Source of the DNA: Ylistrum balloti
Lineage: Eukaryota
Reading direction: 5' to 3'
NCBI RefSeq assembly: GCF_031769215.1
Contig: NW_026782328.1
Span: forward strand, 124,001 to 188,000
Length of the DNA stretch: 64,000 nt
The notes below the pieces were generated by a model. That model did no database searches, had not been told where the DNA came from, and saw only the letters and a program-made list of their open reading frames with translations. Positions 1 to 25,100 of the stretch are shown piece after piece; position 1 is the first letter of the stretch; every line of letters begins with the position of its first letter. The position numbers and the translations under genes are program-made.

Positions 1-408
1 CATGTAAAACCCTACCACCACCTTGGCATGTAAAACACTACCACCACCCCGACATGTAAAAACCTACCACCATCTCAACATGTAAAACCCTACCACCACC
101 CCGACATGTAAAACCCTACCACCACCCCGACATGTAAAACCCTACCATCACCTCGACATGTGAAACCCTACCACCACCTCGACACGTAAAACCCTACCAC
201 CACCTCGACACGTAAAACCCTACCACCACCTCGACATGTAAAACCCTACCACCACCTCTACATGTAAAACCCTACCACCACCTCGACATGTAAAACCCTA
301 CCACCACCTCTACATGTAAAACCCTACCACCACCTCGACATGTAAAACCCTACCACCACCTGGACACGTAAAAACCTACCACCACCTCGACATGTAAAAC
401 TCTACCAC
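1..408. repeat. Minisatellite, 26-bp unit CATGTAAAACCCTACCACCACCTCGA, in an NDOR1 intron
   Basis: Direct tandem copies (units start at 1, 27 and so on); the array is cut by the window edge. Confidence 0.95.
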
Positions 409-642
409 AAGTGTAAGTTCCAGCAACTAGTAGAGTAACAGACAGATATCACATGATCATGGTAGGTGATAGGTCAAGCTGTAGGTCAGAGTGACCTACT
501 TTTGATATTGTATATCATAACACCCCATCTCACCAAGGTGAACCCATACCACATGTATTAAGTCTCTGTGACAGGAAGTGTAGGAGATAGACCCTGGACA
601 AGACAATGGAAAAATGGAACTCAAATTTACAGAAATTCTTAC

Positions 643-12561
<11,919 letters not shown>

Positions 12562-14336
12562 CCTAATAAAATGACATGTATTGAGCTTAAATGTATACAA
12601 AATTCAAACAAATTTATCAGGACTAATGCAATTGACGGTAAAAAATAATCAGAAATTTTCATGGCTCCATTTAAAGTATATTGTTACATGATATTAAAGT
12701 ACAATTATTCTAAATATGCCAAACCTCAAATCAAGACATAGTCTGGGATTCGCAGAAGTTGATGGAGCTTGACTGTTTTTATCTTTTAAGCAATAGTATC
12801 CTACTGTTCAGATCTCTCATTTAATACTAATAACAACAAACAAAAAAACAATATCACACCCTTGTCTACTTATCATAGGCTATAGTAATTTGTTCATGGA
12901 CAGATTCGGGACTCAATTTTTGTTGTTATATAGAATTCCAAGAGATAGTGTTTATTTTGATTATCACCCTTGTTTGATATAATACCATGGTCATACAAAA
13001 GTATTTAGAGGTTGGTGTATGTAAGTGTGATGCAGTCTTTTTTTTTAAATAACTTTTTAAAGCTTCCAATGACACCAGAATCTTAAGCTGAAGAAATACC
13101 TTGCTTGTTTATTGTTTAAAAAATGGCATGTGTGATAACTATACTTTAATTTAAGGACAATTTTAATGAATCTACACAAATGAAATGCTAAAAATAATAG
13201 ATTAAGAAAATATTCATCAAATATGTTAATTTGAAGTGTAAAACACATTCAAGTTGTGACTCAACTTGGGTAAATGAATTTGAAAAAAAGCAAGAAAAAC
13301 ATAAATAAAATAGATGATGTCAAATGAATTCCATAAGTTGGAATGAAAACTTTGACACTGAAAACACTGTTGGATATTTAAAAAAGGGAGGGAAGGGGAG
13401 GGGACAGCAACAGGAATTAAAACCCTGGTGTACAAATTGAGCCGAAGATGTACAAGCTACACAAAGTTCCCCTCCTTTTACACATTCAAGGGCTAATCTG
13501 CTCATGCGATCAAACATGCTCAGCTTGACAATTCGTGGTTCTTTGAGATGTTAAAGTGTTAAAACTGATGTGCAGGTGAGATGGAATGATAATACATGCA
13601 TATGACGAGATACTTTGACAGGTGCCCTTGCCACCCCCTCCTTCCCTTCCTTATTAATCAACAGCGGCCGACCAATGGTCATAGAAATCAGGGTCGTTGA
13701 ATAAAATTAAAGCATTGGGTCTGAGTCAATGGTCAACAGAAAGCTACATGTTCAGAGCTTGGTCAAAGGATCACATGCTGCTGTTTACCTTTCTATTTCA
13801 TCAGAACGGTACTACTGTCCTTTCTTGTACCGGAAGACACCAGCGGCGCGTTCGAATAAGTTACCGTTGTATCCACGGATTTAGGATACTCGTAAGCGTA
13901 ATCCCTAGAGTATCGAGGATGCGGACTTAGATGTAGATCTTCATCTAAGCCCATGGACTTATATTGAATAAAGAAGAATTTATTGTCAGGATGTGACGAT
14001 TATTCAGTGCAATATTGCGTTATGTGTTTCAGAAAAGGGAAGATGGAATATAATCTTCCAATATAGGATATAACATGTCAGAAAATGTCAGTAAAACACA
14101 GATACACACAGAATAGGTTTTGGAAAATTATGAAATATGCTCTTATTTGGGAAATTATATTACTGAGGAAGTGACAGATGAGGGAATCAAAAGTAGGAGA
14201 CTGTGGTCAAATATCCGTAGTTTAAACAACGAATAAACCAATTCAGGAAAGGGAAGCTGCTACTAAATACAATATAATGAATTTCAAAATCAGAGATAAA
14301 CTAATGGAAGCACGAAAATGTTAAAGTATCGACTCA

Positions 14337-14437
14337 GCAGGGACTTCATTATATTTGATAATAGTGTAGAATAGAATCTCTTAGCCCAGTAGGGACTTCA
14401 TTATATTTGATAATAGTGTAGAATAGAATCTCTTAGT
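14337..14437. repeat. Two-copy tandem duplication of about 52 bp
   Basis: GGACTTCATTATATTTGATAATAGTGTAGAATAGAATCTCTTAG occurs at 14341 and 14393. Confidence 0.9.
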
Positions 14438-15059
14438 GGTTAAAGGCTCAGAATTGTACTCCCCAAAAATCACGTCTGAACTTCTAGATAACTCTATAAA
14501 TACGATATGTTAGTCAGTATGAAGAAATTATTTACAACAAAAGGTTGTAGATCACGAAAGTCTACAGTCAGCACATAGTAAAATATCTCCATCTGGCTTT
14601 TGTAACAGTATTGTGACAAAAAGCATCGTCACCTTTAATCGGATCTTTACACAGTAAAGTAACATAAGACATTTTCTGAGTTGAACATAGCTCGCCCTTT
14701 CCTAATATTTCAGCTTATAAAGACATCAATTTATCTACAAAAAATATCCGAAAAAGGCCATATAGAATTCTTTCGTAAGACCATCTGAACCTGGAGATTT
14801 ATTTTTTTCATAGCTTTTTAAAGCCGATACAATTTCAGTCTTTGTAATTAGTTCCCCACACATAAAATTATCAAACTGTGTTAATTTGGGAAGATCTTCA
14901 CAAAAAGAATCAGCTAAGTTAAACTAAATTTCTTCTTCAGCGAAAAGCTTTGAATAGAAATCCCTAATGGCAGCTAAAATAGCATTGGAATCCGAAACAG
15001 AAGAATCATTCATGTCGATTTTCCTTGCAATTTTCTTCATCTTCATCATTTTCCAATTA

Positions 15060-15500
15060 AAAAAGATAATGTGAAGGCTCCTCTGGAAAATCTTAAAAAG
15101 AAAAAAAAAACTTTCGGCCTTATATAACGTCTGGTCTTGGCCCCCTGAGAAATGAGGGGCGAGTCATACAGGTACAGATCAAATTGATTAAAATTTCTTT
15201 TCTTCTGTAGGAATGTCAGAATTTTGTCTTTATTTGGTCTGAAACATCTTTGGGCGAATGGGAATCTATTTTTGTATAAAGGATGTATGTCGGCCCCTGA
15301 AGCATGAGGGGCAGGGCCCAATAGGGGAACTAGAACGATTCTTTTAATCCCTCTTCTCTTGTAGGAATCAGATCTGATTCTGCCCAAATTTGGTCTGACG
15401 CATCATTGGATGAAGGGAAATCATTTTTGTATAAACGGTTGGTCTTGGCACCCTTGGACATAACGGGTGGGACCCATTAAGAAACATCGATCAAATTCTT
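15060..15500. repeat. Degenerate array of about 155-160-bp satellite-like units (about 3 copies), probably a transposon-associated bivalve repeat family
   Basis: Recurring blocks TTTGGTCTGA(A/C)(A/G)CATC..GG(G/A)AATC..TTTTTGTATAAA at 15231 and 15387, and GGCCCC..GGGGC blocks. Family assignment is inference. Confidence 0.55.
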
Positions 15501-16112
15501 CTAAATAGGTCGAGGCTGTCGTCAAATGGGTCGGTATCGCCATATCGCCCTATCTATTCTTATTAGTTGTAGAAATATAGGCTGTTATGGACAACAGCAA
15601 TAATTTTTTTATTTTCAGTTGCATAATAAATATATGTAATAAATATGATAATCAAAATATGGGTTTTCTTTCAGAACCACATGCACAAAAAATTTAGGAG
15701 GCTTTTGTAAAAAAATGTTAAGCTTATTGAAATATACTGTTAAACGGTGTCTTTTATAGTCTGACTACGGGTCTTTGGATCGGGATCGGTCGACTCAACA
15801 TTGTTTATCTATTTATTTAACCGGTTTTACGTCCACTTTTAACACCTTTTGGTCTTTAGTGGACGAGTGGGCTTTACACACTTGTTCTGGATGTAAGCGA
15901 GCATACCGATCCGGTTTCAGGGTTGGCGTACAAGGTTTTCACTCCAAACGTATTCGGTTTACTCATCTCGCAATAACACACCGCGTAATTTGTATACGCG
16001 ACCTGACGATTGCGACAAGACTCAGGTTAATGCGCTGTTAAAAGATGGGAGAACGGGTTTATGTTGATTTTGTTGGTTGATATAAAAGGCTCTATCTCGT
16101 TATACGTGGATC

Positions 16113-19100
16113 ATGGATCTCCGTGGAAACCCAAGATTAATGGGACCGATGCGAGTAAGTGTTAAGGCTGAAGTTAGACGCTATTATCAGAACATGTCTT
16201 CATATTTTCCAACGTCGGGCCGAAATCACCACTCCAGGCCCACATGTTACTGTAGACTCTCTCAGTCTCTTTCCGTACCCAATTCAGAGCTAGTTACTTG
16301 AACTTCCGAGTGCCAGTTGTAATAAGACTATTTTTCTGTCGATACATGGTTAGAACAACTTGCTTTAATGCTGATAAATCTTTGAATGTAATCATTATTC
16401 AGTTCTTCGAATCGTTGATTTAGAATAAAGCTGAATATATTTATATTATACTTCCAGTTTCCATGTGGAATGGGAAACAACATTTCTCCCCGGATGCCAC
16501 AACAACAGGGCATGTTTCCAAATGGGAGTCCATTTCTACAGAATCAATCACCAAACCATCCAGTATTGGCACAGATGTCGCCCAGTCTTCGACTTCCAAT
16601 GGGATGTCAACCCCCGGGACCAACTCCCCCTACTATGAGGTTATTCAATCATCTAGGCAACGTCCCAATCTCTGTTCCTGGTCAGATGCAGCCACTGTGG
16701 GGGTCAGGGGCCTTATCAGGAATGCAACGTCCCAATCCAATGGCTGCTCGAGGACAAATGATTTCAGGAAATATGAATCTTGGAAATGTTCCATCTCTAA
16801 ACTTGATGGGTGCAACACAAAATGCACCTTCCCAACAGGACCAGCTGGCATTTAGTCCAACAGCTATTAATTTACAGGTGGGATCCTTAATCACTTTTCA
16901 GTTTAAAATTCAACCCCTGGTTGTACATCATTGGTACACAGATGAAATATTGTTTGTTTGGGAACAGCCAGTGCCATTTTGAGGTGGGGTCTCCTGGTGG
17001 CTTATACATTGAACAACATATGAGAGACCCACTTGTGTAAAATGCAGAGCAATTTGAGTAAAGTGTTACCTAAGGACACATTCACAATAGAACTAGAAAA
17101 CTTTCCAGAGAATCACAAACCATGCCAAGTATAGATAGATCATACCACACCCCAAATCTTCAGCTAAGGTTGCAAAGTTTTATCAGGATTTACATTTGGT
17201 ATATCATAAATGGAGCTCTTTTCAAATTCAAAGGAATCCTTTGTATATTTTGAATGGCATTCCAGAAAATAACTCAAACCAAGCTCTGCTGATGTTCTAA
17301 TGAACTATAGGAGCCCAAACATCATGCATTGTAATTATGATGAAATGCAATAATTGTTTTTCGTTTAAAATCCTCAAGAATAGTTTTTTTGTTTTCATTG
17401 GTTATTGGCAAATCAATTTCTTTAATTTACAGGTGCAACAGCAAGGTAACATGGGCTTTATGAATGGAGGACAGATGAGGTCTCCTGTTTTTCAAAACAT
17501 GAATCAGACATCTGTGGGCATGCTTGGTAACATGGGTCCCAACCAGAACCAGCTCAACCAAAACTGTCAGAATATGGACAGTAGAGGGCAAGATAGGAGA
17601 AACAACCAGTCTTCATTTAGGTCCCAAAGCCATAGGGACAGAGGCAGAGGACAGAGAGATCGCGACAGAGGTCAAGATGATGGTAGAAGTCAGGGATCTA
17701 CCTCTAGACGTAACAGAGATAGCGAAAGATCACAGCATTCTGATGGCAAGGATCATGATCGATTAAGTGGAAAAGGCATGTCGGGTGACAGAGGAGGAGA
17801 CAGAGGAGGGGACAGAGGAGGGGACAGGGGAGGGGATAGAGGAGGGGACAGAGGAGGGGACAGAGGAGGAGAAAGACAAGGAGATATACGTCCTCGAGAT
17901 AGAGATTCTGGAGATTCCAGGTATACATAAATGTCATGTCGTTTTTGTCCTATAGATAAACTGTAGTGTGAATGGCATTGATAGATGAATCATCTTTTAC
18001 AATAGCTGAAGTTAAAGTTGACATTTTTTCTAGAACTGGAGAGAAAATTTAGAAGCCATTGTCTTGCATTCTTTTCTGGGAATTAAAGTGTCATCACACT
18101 GTAGATCAAATGGCACTGTCAGTTTGTCTAATTTTTTGGATTAGTTGTCTGTAATCCAGAATGTCATCTTAGACTTGGACCCTGGAGACACAAGAATATA
18201 TATGATCAGGCAATATTATTTCATGTACCAGTACAAACTACATATAGTATACAGTGATTGGTGAATGTATGTTATGTACTCATTGCTATCAAGAACCATG
18301 ATATGAATCAAAACACACAAATTGTCACATAAGTAGTAACGTACTTTGACTACAGTATACTTTCATATTTAATTTATCGGAAAGAAGTAAAGCTCCACTG
18401 ATTTAATTGCAGGAAATCCAGACGGGAGTCTTGTGGCAGGTCAGATTCCAGAAGGAGGGATAACTCTAGACCTAGACAGAGTCCGAAAGACGATAATTCA
18501 CGTAAAAATTACTCAAGAGGATATGGTGCCAGAAGAGACGATTCAAGAGGAAATATACGAAGAGGCAGCAACTCTAGATGTAGCAGCAGAAGAAGAGATA
18601 ATTTCAGTGAAAGTCCTAGAAAGGGAGGACAGCGTGAAAACAGACCACGTCAGAACCGTGACAGTGGAGATGAAACGAGAGGAAACAAGAGACGAAATGA
18701 TGAGGAATCTTACAGCAGGTATGTGTCTGTGTATTGTTTAATAAGGTATAGATCATATATGTTTTGTTTTTAACCCTTCAGTCACATTTTGTGTGCAGAA
18801 CTGATCTCAAAGTGCATTATTTATAATGAAAAATAAAATAGATTAATGCATGGTGTAAAATCTTCAGTTATGAGAATGTACAATACATTGTCTTGAAGTT
18901 TTGCTTTACTAAAGCTATAAGAATATTCAGGTCAATGCATATGTGTGGAGTGCTACTTCACAAAAATATGGAGAATGTACCTAGTCTGAAGTTTTACTTC
19001 ACTAAAATTTGGAGAATGAAAAGTACACTGTCTGAAGTGTTACTTCACTAGAGTTATGAGAATGTACAGTACACTGTCTGAAGTGTTACTTCACTAGAGT

Positions 19101-22100
19101 TATGAGAATATACAGTACACTGTCTGAAGTGTTACTCACTAGAGGTATGAGAATGAAAAGTACACTGTCTGAAGTGTTACTTCACTAGAGTTATGAGAAT
19201 GTACAGTACACTGTCTGAAGTGTTACTTCACTAGAGTAATGAGAATGTACAGTACACTGTCTGAAGTGTTACTTCACTAGAGTTATGAGAATGTACAGTA
19301 CACTGTCTGAAGTGTTACTTCACTAGAGTTATGAGAATGAAAAGTACACTGTCTAAAGTGTTACTTCACTAGAGTTATGAGAATGTACAGTACACTGTCT
19401 GAAGTGTTACTTCACTAGAGTAATGAGAATGTACAGTACACTGTCTGAAGTGTTACTTCACTAGAGTAATGAGAATGTACAGTACACTGTCTGAAGTGTT
19501 ACTTCACTAGAGTAATGAGAATGTACAGTACACTGTCTGAAGTGTTACTTAACTAGAGTAATGAGAATGTACAGTACACTGTCTGAAGTGTTACTTCACT
19601 AGAGTAATGAGAATGTACAGTACACTGTCTGAAGTGTTACTTCACTAGAGTAATGAGAATGTACAGTACACTGTCTGAAGTGTTACTTCACTAGAGTAAT
19701 GAGAATGTACAGTACACTGTCTGAAGTGTTACTTCACTAGAGTATTGAGAATGTACAGTACACTGTCTGAAGTGTTACTTCAGTAGACATGGTTGCTCTG
19801 ATGTATTCAGTCTGTGATTCGCTTGTCACTGAGACAATTGTCCTTTAAAAATAACCATGTAAGGTTTACATTTTATAATTTCACAATGCCTCTAAAGTTG
19901 GTTTGTTTGGGAAAAAAAATGAAAACAGATGTAGTTAGTTTTTTCCAAGTAATTTATGTATGAAGATAATATAAATACAATATCATTGTCTTGGATTGGC
20001 TAAGGCTCAACCCTGTAAGATCACTCACAACCCTGTAAGATCACTCACAACCCTGTAGGATCACTCACAACCCTGTAAGATCACTCACAACCCTGTAAGA
20101 TCACTCACAACCCTGTAAGATCACTCACAACCCTGTAAGATCACTCATGGCTGGTTAACTTATCTGTCATAAGGGAGAATGGCAGTGTTATATATTACAC
20201 ACCTGTAAAGGTATATTATTGAAGACGTACAGCATCTCCATCCTAAGAAACCATGTAACTTACTTGGAAGTGGATCGCAGCTTAGGCAAGAAAGGGATAC
20301 GTTATCCTCTTATTCGTTTCACATACATGTACTCTCGTTATTTTTATAAAGTTTGTAAAGAAAATTTGATTCATGTGTCACAGATATGTAGTGGGCAAGT
20401 ATATAGGTGAATTATTGATAATCCACTCCTTTTTAATGAAAGTGGCCTCGTTGAAAGGTTTCATGATAAGTGGAACAGTTAAAGTTTATCTCTTCCTTAA
20501 AACATTGACTACCAGTACAACAGAACTGCGCGTGCGGGTCATGCAGATCAAGAGAGGTCATAGGGTCACCAACTTGGTGGGATGGGCTGTCCGATTTATG
20601 AACAGAATGACAATTGCCCAAAAACTTCCGGACTCATTGAATTCCAGAGATACATCATCAAAATGAGGTGGAAGTTCAGACACTACTATAGCCCCGACCA
20701 ATATTAAGACCGTGACTATTCGAACGACGGGAAACGAAAAAAAAAAATAGATTCACCGTAATGCCAACGTGTATGGCCGATGATTAAAACATTTGAATTT
20801 TATTTATTTATTTGTTGTTTTTATCTCCAAACTATCATATATGACCGATGACTTTTACATATAACTATGTGAAAGGAGGTAATCCAATGTGGCGGACGCA
20901 GAACTCGGGAATGATAACCCAAAGAATGGCATGTTCCTGCGTATAATGCGCACCCCCTTTTTTAAATGATAGTTTTATCTTGAAAAAGTGTGCACTATAT
21001 TCGGAAATTTACGGTATATAAGGGATAATGGATTCAGATTTATATTCCTGCTAAAATGTAATCTATATATGATGCACTTTATTTACACTCATTTGGATAT
21101 TACATATTCCAGTGGATCAAAAAGGAAACGGACATCAAGTCCAAAATCCTCATCAAAGCTGGAGGAAGAGCCGCCTTCAGATGGGGACATTGAGACAGAG
21201 AGTCAGGACCAGTTTGAGACTGTGGATCCCAAAGACATGTCCCCACCTGCCTGGATAAGATGCTCTCCGGCTGATCTCTACTTTGCCAGGAACTCAGAGG
21301 TAGACACAACTTTTGTATACAGTTAATGTCAAGGTGTTCTGTATGTAGGTGTATAAGGTCATTCTGAATATAGCTTTATAGCATTTTTTGACAAGAAATT
21401 CATTTACTTTAAAGGATAAAAATGCTATACAAAAATGCTGTTTTAAGATTTTGAAATTTCATAATTATAAATCTAATTACAAAGTCTAGCATTAGAAAAC
21501 AGTAGATAAGTCAGCTGTATGTTTTCAGTCAGGGTGTATGGAAAGTACAAAGAGAATGACTGACCTAGAGGACAAGTTTGATCTGGACCTGCTTCAGAGA
21601 GCCAAGTTAATCAAGGAAGCTCAGCCAGTAATAGAGGTCCCTCCACCAGTCATGCATGGCCACACCCATCACCATGATCACTCAGGTAAATTCACTAGTA
21701 GTAGAAGTTCCCCTATCAATCACTCACGGCCACACTCATCACCATTATTCACTCAGGTAAATCCACCAGCAGTCGAGGTTTCCCATGACAATCTTGCTTT
21801 CTTTTAAAATGTATGTGATCTGTCTGAAAACAATTGCAATAGTCACCTTTAAACATTTATTCTCTTTGAACATTATATTTTGTTTTCAAATAAGTTTTAT
21901 CACGACTGGTTTAAATTGACTGTCTTCATAACTATGGTAAATTTTTACCATTGTATAGACTCAGACAGCAGTAGCAGCAGCAGCAGCTCTGATTCTGATG
22001 ACAATGAAGATGAGGACAACAAGTGGATGGAGGAGCTAAACAGGAAAAAGAATCACCCGTATAGACTGCATGAGGAACTCTGGTACAATGACCCAGGGGA

Positions 22101-25100
22101 GGTAAGGTCATATAGGGTTCACCTCTGTGTTATGGTAGCTATTGTTTGAACTCAGGAATGTACAGGAAATTTATCTACAATTTCTGAAGTTTTTTACAAT
22201 AAAATGACGTGTATATCCGAGAAGATCTCAATGAGTTGAATATGTTAGAATGAAGAAGTTAAATATGAAATAAGATGTAATCACCATTCTTCATTAAGTG
22301 GTAAACTGGAGATCTCAGCACCGATATTTTATAGTTGCTGGTCATAAATAGAGTAATAGAGTGTACATATACTAGGGCAGTCTTTAACCAAATTTTAAGG
22401 CCATCTAAAACATCATTTGTTCAGAGAGTTGATTCAACACCTAGGGGTCTGAGGATGGGGTCCAAAAAGGGACAATGGTTTGATTCAAAATGCTACTCAT
22501 CCTTTATTCTTACAGATATTTCATTCATATTTTGTCTAAAACATCATAAGGGATGGGTAATTAATTCTTAATAGATAAATAAATAAAATAAATAATAAAA
22601 AATTAATAGAAAGTCAATTAGACCCTGAGGGACTTAGATGTGGGGTTCTGGAAGGGGAAGTTAGGCAATATTTGCTTCAAAATGTCATCTTTCTTAATGC
22701 TTAAGTAGATTTCAACCAAAATTGGTCTGAAACATCATTGCAGGTTGGGAATCATTTCTGGTATTTAGATAGTTGATCTGATTGCTAGAGACCTGTGGGC
22801 AGGGCCGAAAATTGGGAAGTTAGACGATGCCTTGCTTCAAAATGCTACCCGATGCACTTCCTTAATGCTTGAATGGATTTCACTTAAATAAAATGTTGGC
22901 AATTAATTCTTCAATTCAGAAAGTGAATTTGACCCCTAGAGGACTTAGGGGTGGGGCCACAAAAGGGGAAGTTAAACAATACTTTTTTTTCAAATTGCTA
23001 ACTGTCCTTAATGCTTGAATAGATTTCATTCAAATTTTGTCTGAAATGTGGGCAAACAAATTCTTCAATTCAGAAAATTTGACTTTTAGGGACTTAGGGG
23101 TGGAGCCAATATTTTCCTTTAAAATGCTACTCCTTCTTAATTCCATTGTGGATTTCACCCCCAAATTTGGCCTGAAACACTACAAAGGAGTGGCAATGAT
23201 ACCAAATGTCCATGAAGTGATCCTGAGATTGTCCTGACCAATTCTTATTTTAAGGTTTGGTCCAAATAGTCTGAACCACTTCTCAAGTTTCATTCACACC
23301 ATTGAGAAAATATGGAGTTAAGTTGATTTAGGAAAAGAAACAGATGATATGTTATCAATTTTCAACCTGGTCAAAACTTCAACATGGCAACCACAGTAGC
23401 CATTTTGTAACATGATTCAGTTTCATTTCAACAAATTTTATTGACAAGATGTAAATGTCAAACTGGATTGAATAACAGGCAAAGCCTATGTAAATTCTCT
23501 CCAAATAACTGTTTTCTATGTATGAGTTTCTGATACTTTCTAGGAATGTTCAAAATTTGAATTCATCAGAATAATTTGACCACCATTAGAGAATTCTGTG
23601 GTCTGTCTGATCATCTGTTGATTTCCAGATGGCCGTTAAGGGTCAAAGCCCTCTTGTTTATGGTAGGTCTGCAAACTTAAGTGGCTTTTCATAATTTCTG
23701 ACTTCTTTTGCTGTATCCAGTTAATATTCTATTGACAGATGAATGATGGTCCTGTCTGTCGCTGTAGTTTGAAATCCAGAAGGACTGGAATACGTCATGA
23801 CAAATATCCAGGAGAGGAATCATATGATTTATGTAACTCTGTATCTAACAATAAAAATGTGCTGTACCACTACGTCATCACAATGTCCCCGCCCACAAAC
23901 TTTCTGGTGAGTTGTATAACGGCATCACCATCATATTTTCATCATTCTTAAAAAAACCACACTTTTACTCATACCTTACAGCCTGTGAGATTCAAATTAG
24001 GACTAATATTTTTCTCTGTCTTAATGTTTATTTTGATAAGCAGGCATTACCAGAGTTTCACACCAGAAAGTTTCTGTATTTAAGATATTAATTGTAAATC
24101 TCTGCCAAATTGTACCGGTTACATCAGTTTGATATGAAATAATGTTATATTTGTTTTTATTTCAGACCCGTAGCCCCACCATTATTGAACATGACAATCA
24201 CGAATATATTTTTGAAGGGTTTTCATTATTTTCTCACTATAAACTTGAAAATGTAAGTATTCTTTTGGAGATATACATTGTATTAGAATATGTGATTTAT
24301 GTAAAGTAAAATGCCTTCCAAAAGCCACTTTTTTATATCCTAGTAACAGTATTTATCTGAAGTGAATAGATTGAATGATTGTTGAAAAAAACATAAATAA
24401 GCTTTAGGTAATTTGTTTGAAATAGACTACTGTGAAGTAATATCCGTGATTTTGCCAGATATATTGACTTTGTCCTGATGGAGAACAAATTGTAACTTTA
24501 TCTAAGTAGGTCTGTATTTACAACCTACTGGATGTTACATGTAAGTAAGTAAAGACGTACCTGTGAAAAATTTACCTGTTATCAACAAAAAATCCACTTA
24601 ATAAGCAAGTGTCAATAGAAACTGAATATACAAATTTCATTTAACTTAAAATTTCAACTGATGATTCATATTTGGGAGTTTAAAGACATTGTTCTTATAA
24701 CCAAGACATGAAGAACTTCTACTTGTGTTTTGTTTTATTGCGTCAACAGATACCTGTGTGTAAAGTGATCCGGTTCAACATTAACTACACAATCCATTTC
24801 TTTGAGGAAACAGTTCCAGAGGTGAGACATTTATTGTTGAGGTTTAAAAATATTGAAAATGTACTGTGTGGTATTAACTAGATACCAGAATTCTCTATCT
24901 ATTTATTGTAACGGTAAACTTCATGATATCTTTTTTGTGTTAATGTAAACATCACAATATCTTTTTTGTGTTGTTGTAAACTTCACGATATCTTTTTTGT
25001 GTTGCTGTAAACTTCACGATATCTTTTTTGTGTTGCTGTAAACTTCACCATATCTTTTTTGTGTTAATGTAAACTTCACCATATCTTTTTTGTGTTGCTG

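Larger units (their letters stand above)
13680..16112. promoter_or_regulatory. Divergent promoter interval between NDOR1 and Drosha, with two CpG-enriched patches (about 13680-13960 and 15760-16190)
   Basis: The two genes are head-to-head. The NDOR1 ATG is 1 nt after an acceptor AG, so an upstream non-coding exon must exist; a candidate donor is GTAACT (minus strand) ending a putative exon at 13865. CpG dinucleotides are visibly more frequent here than in the flanking introns. Transcription starts cannot be fixed from sequence alone. Confidence 0.5.

Noticed and set aside
16080-16088. TATAAAAG TATA-like box
   Set aside because: At about 32 nt from the ATG it would leave almost no 5' UTR, and such motifs are frequent in AT-rich DNA.
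16463-18741. Overlapping alternative-frame ORFs (16463-16855, 17524-17955, 18433-18741 and antisense ones)
   Set aside because: They are shadows of low-complexity Drosha exons 2-4; only one frame is consistent with the splice phases.
20373-20666. 97-aa ORF in Drosha intron 4
   Set aside because: No recognisable domain and no compatible splice sites.
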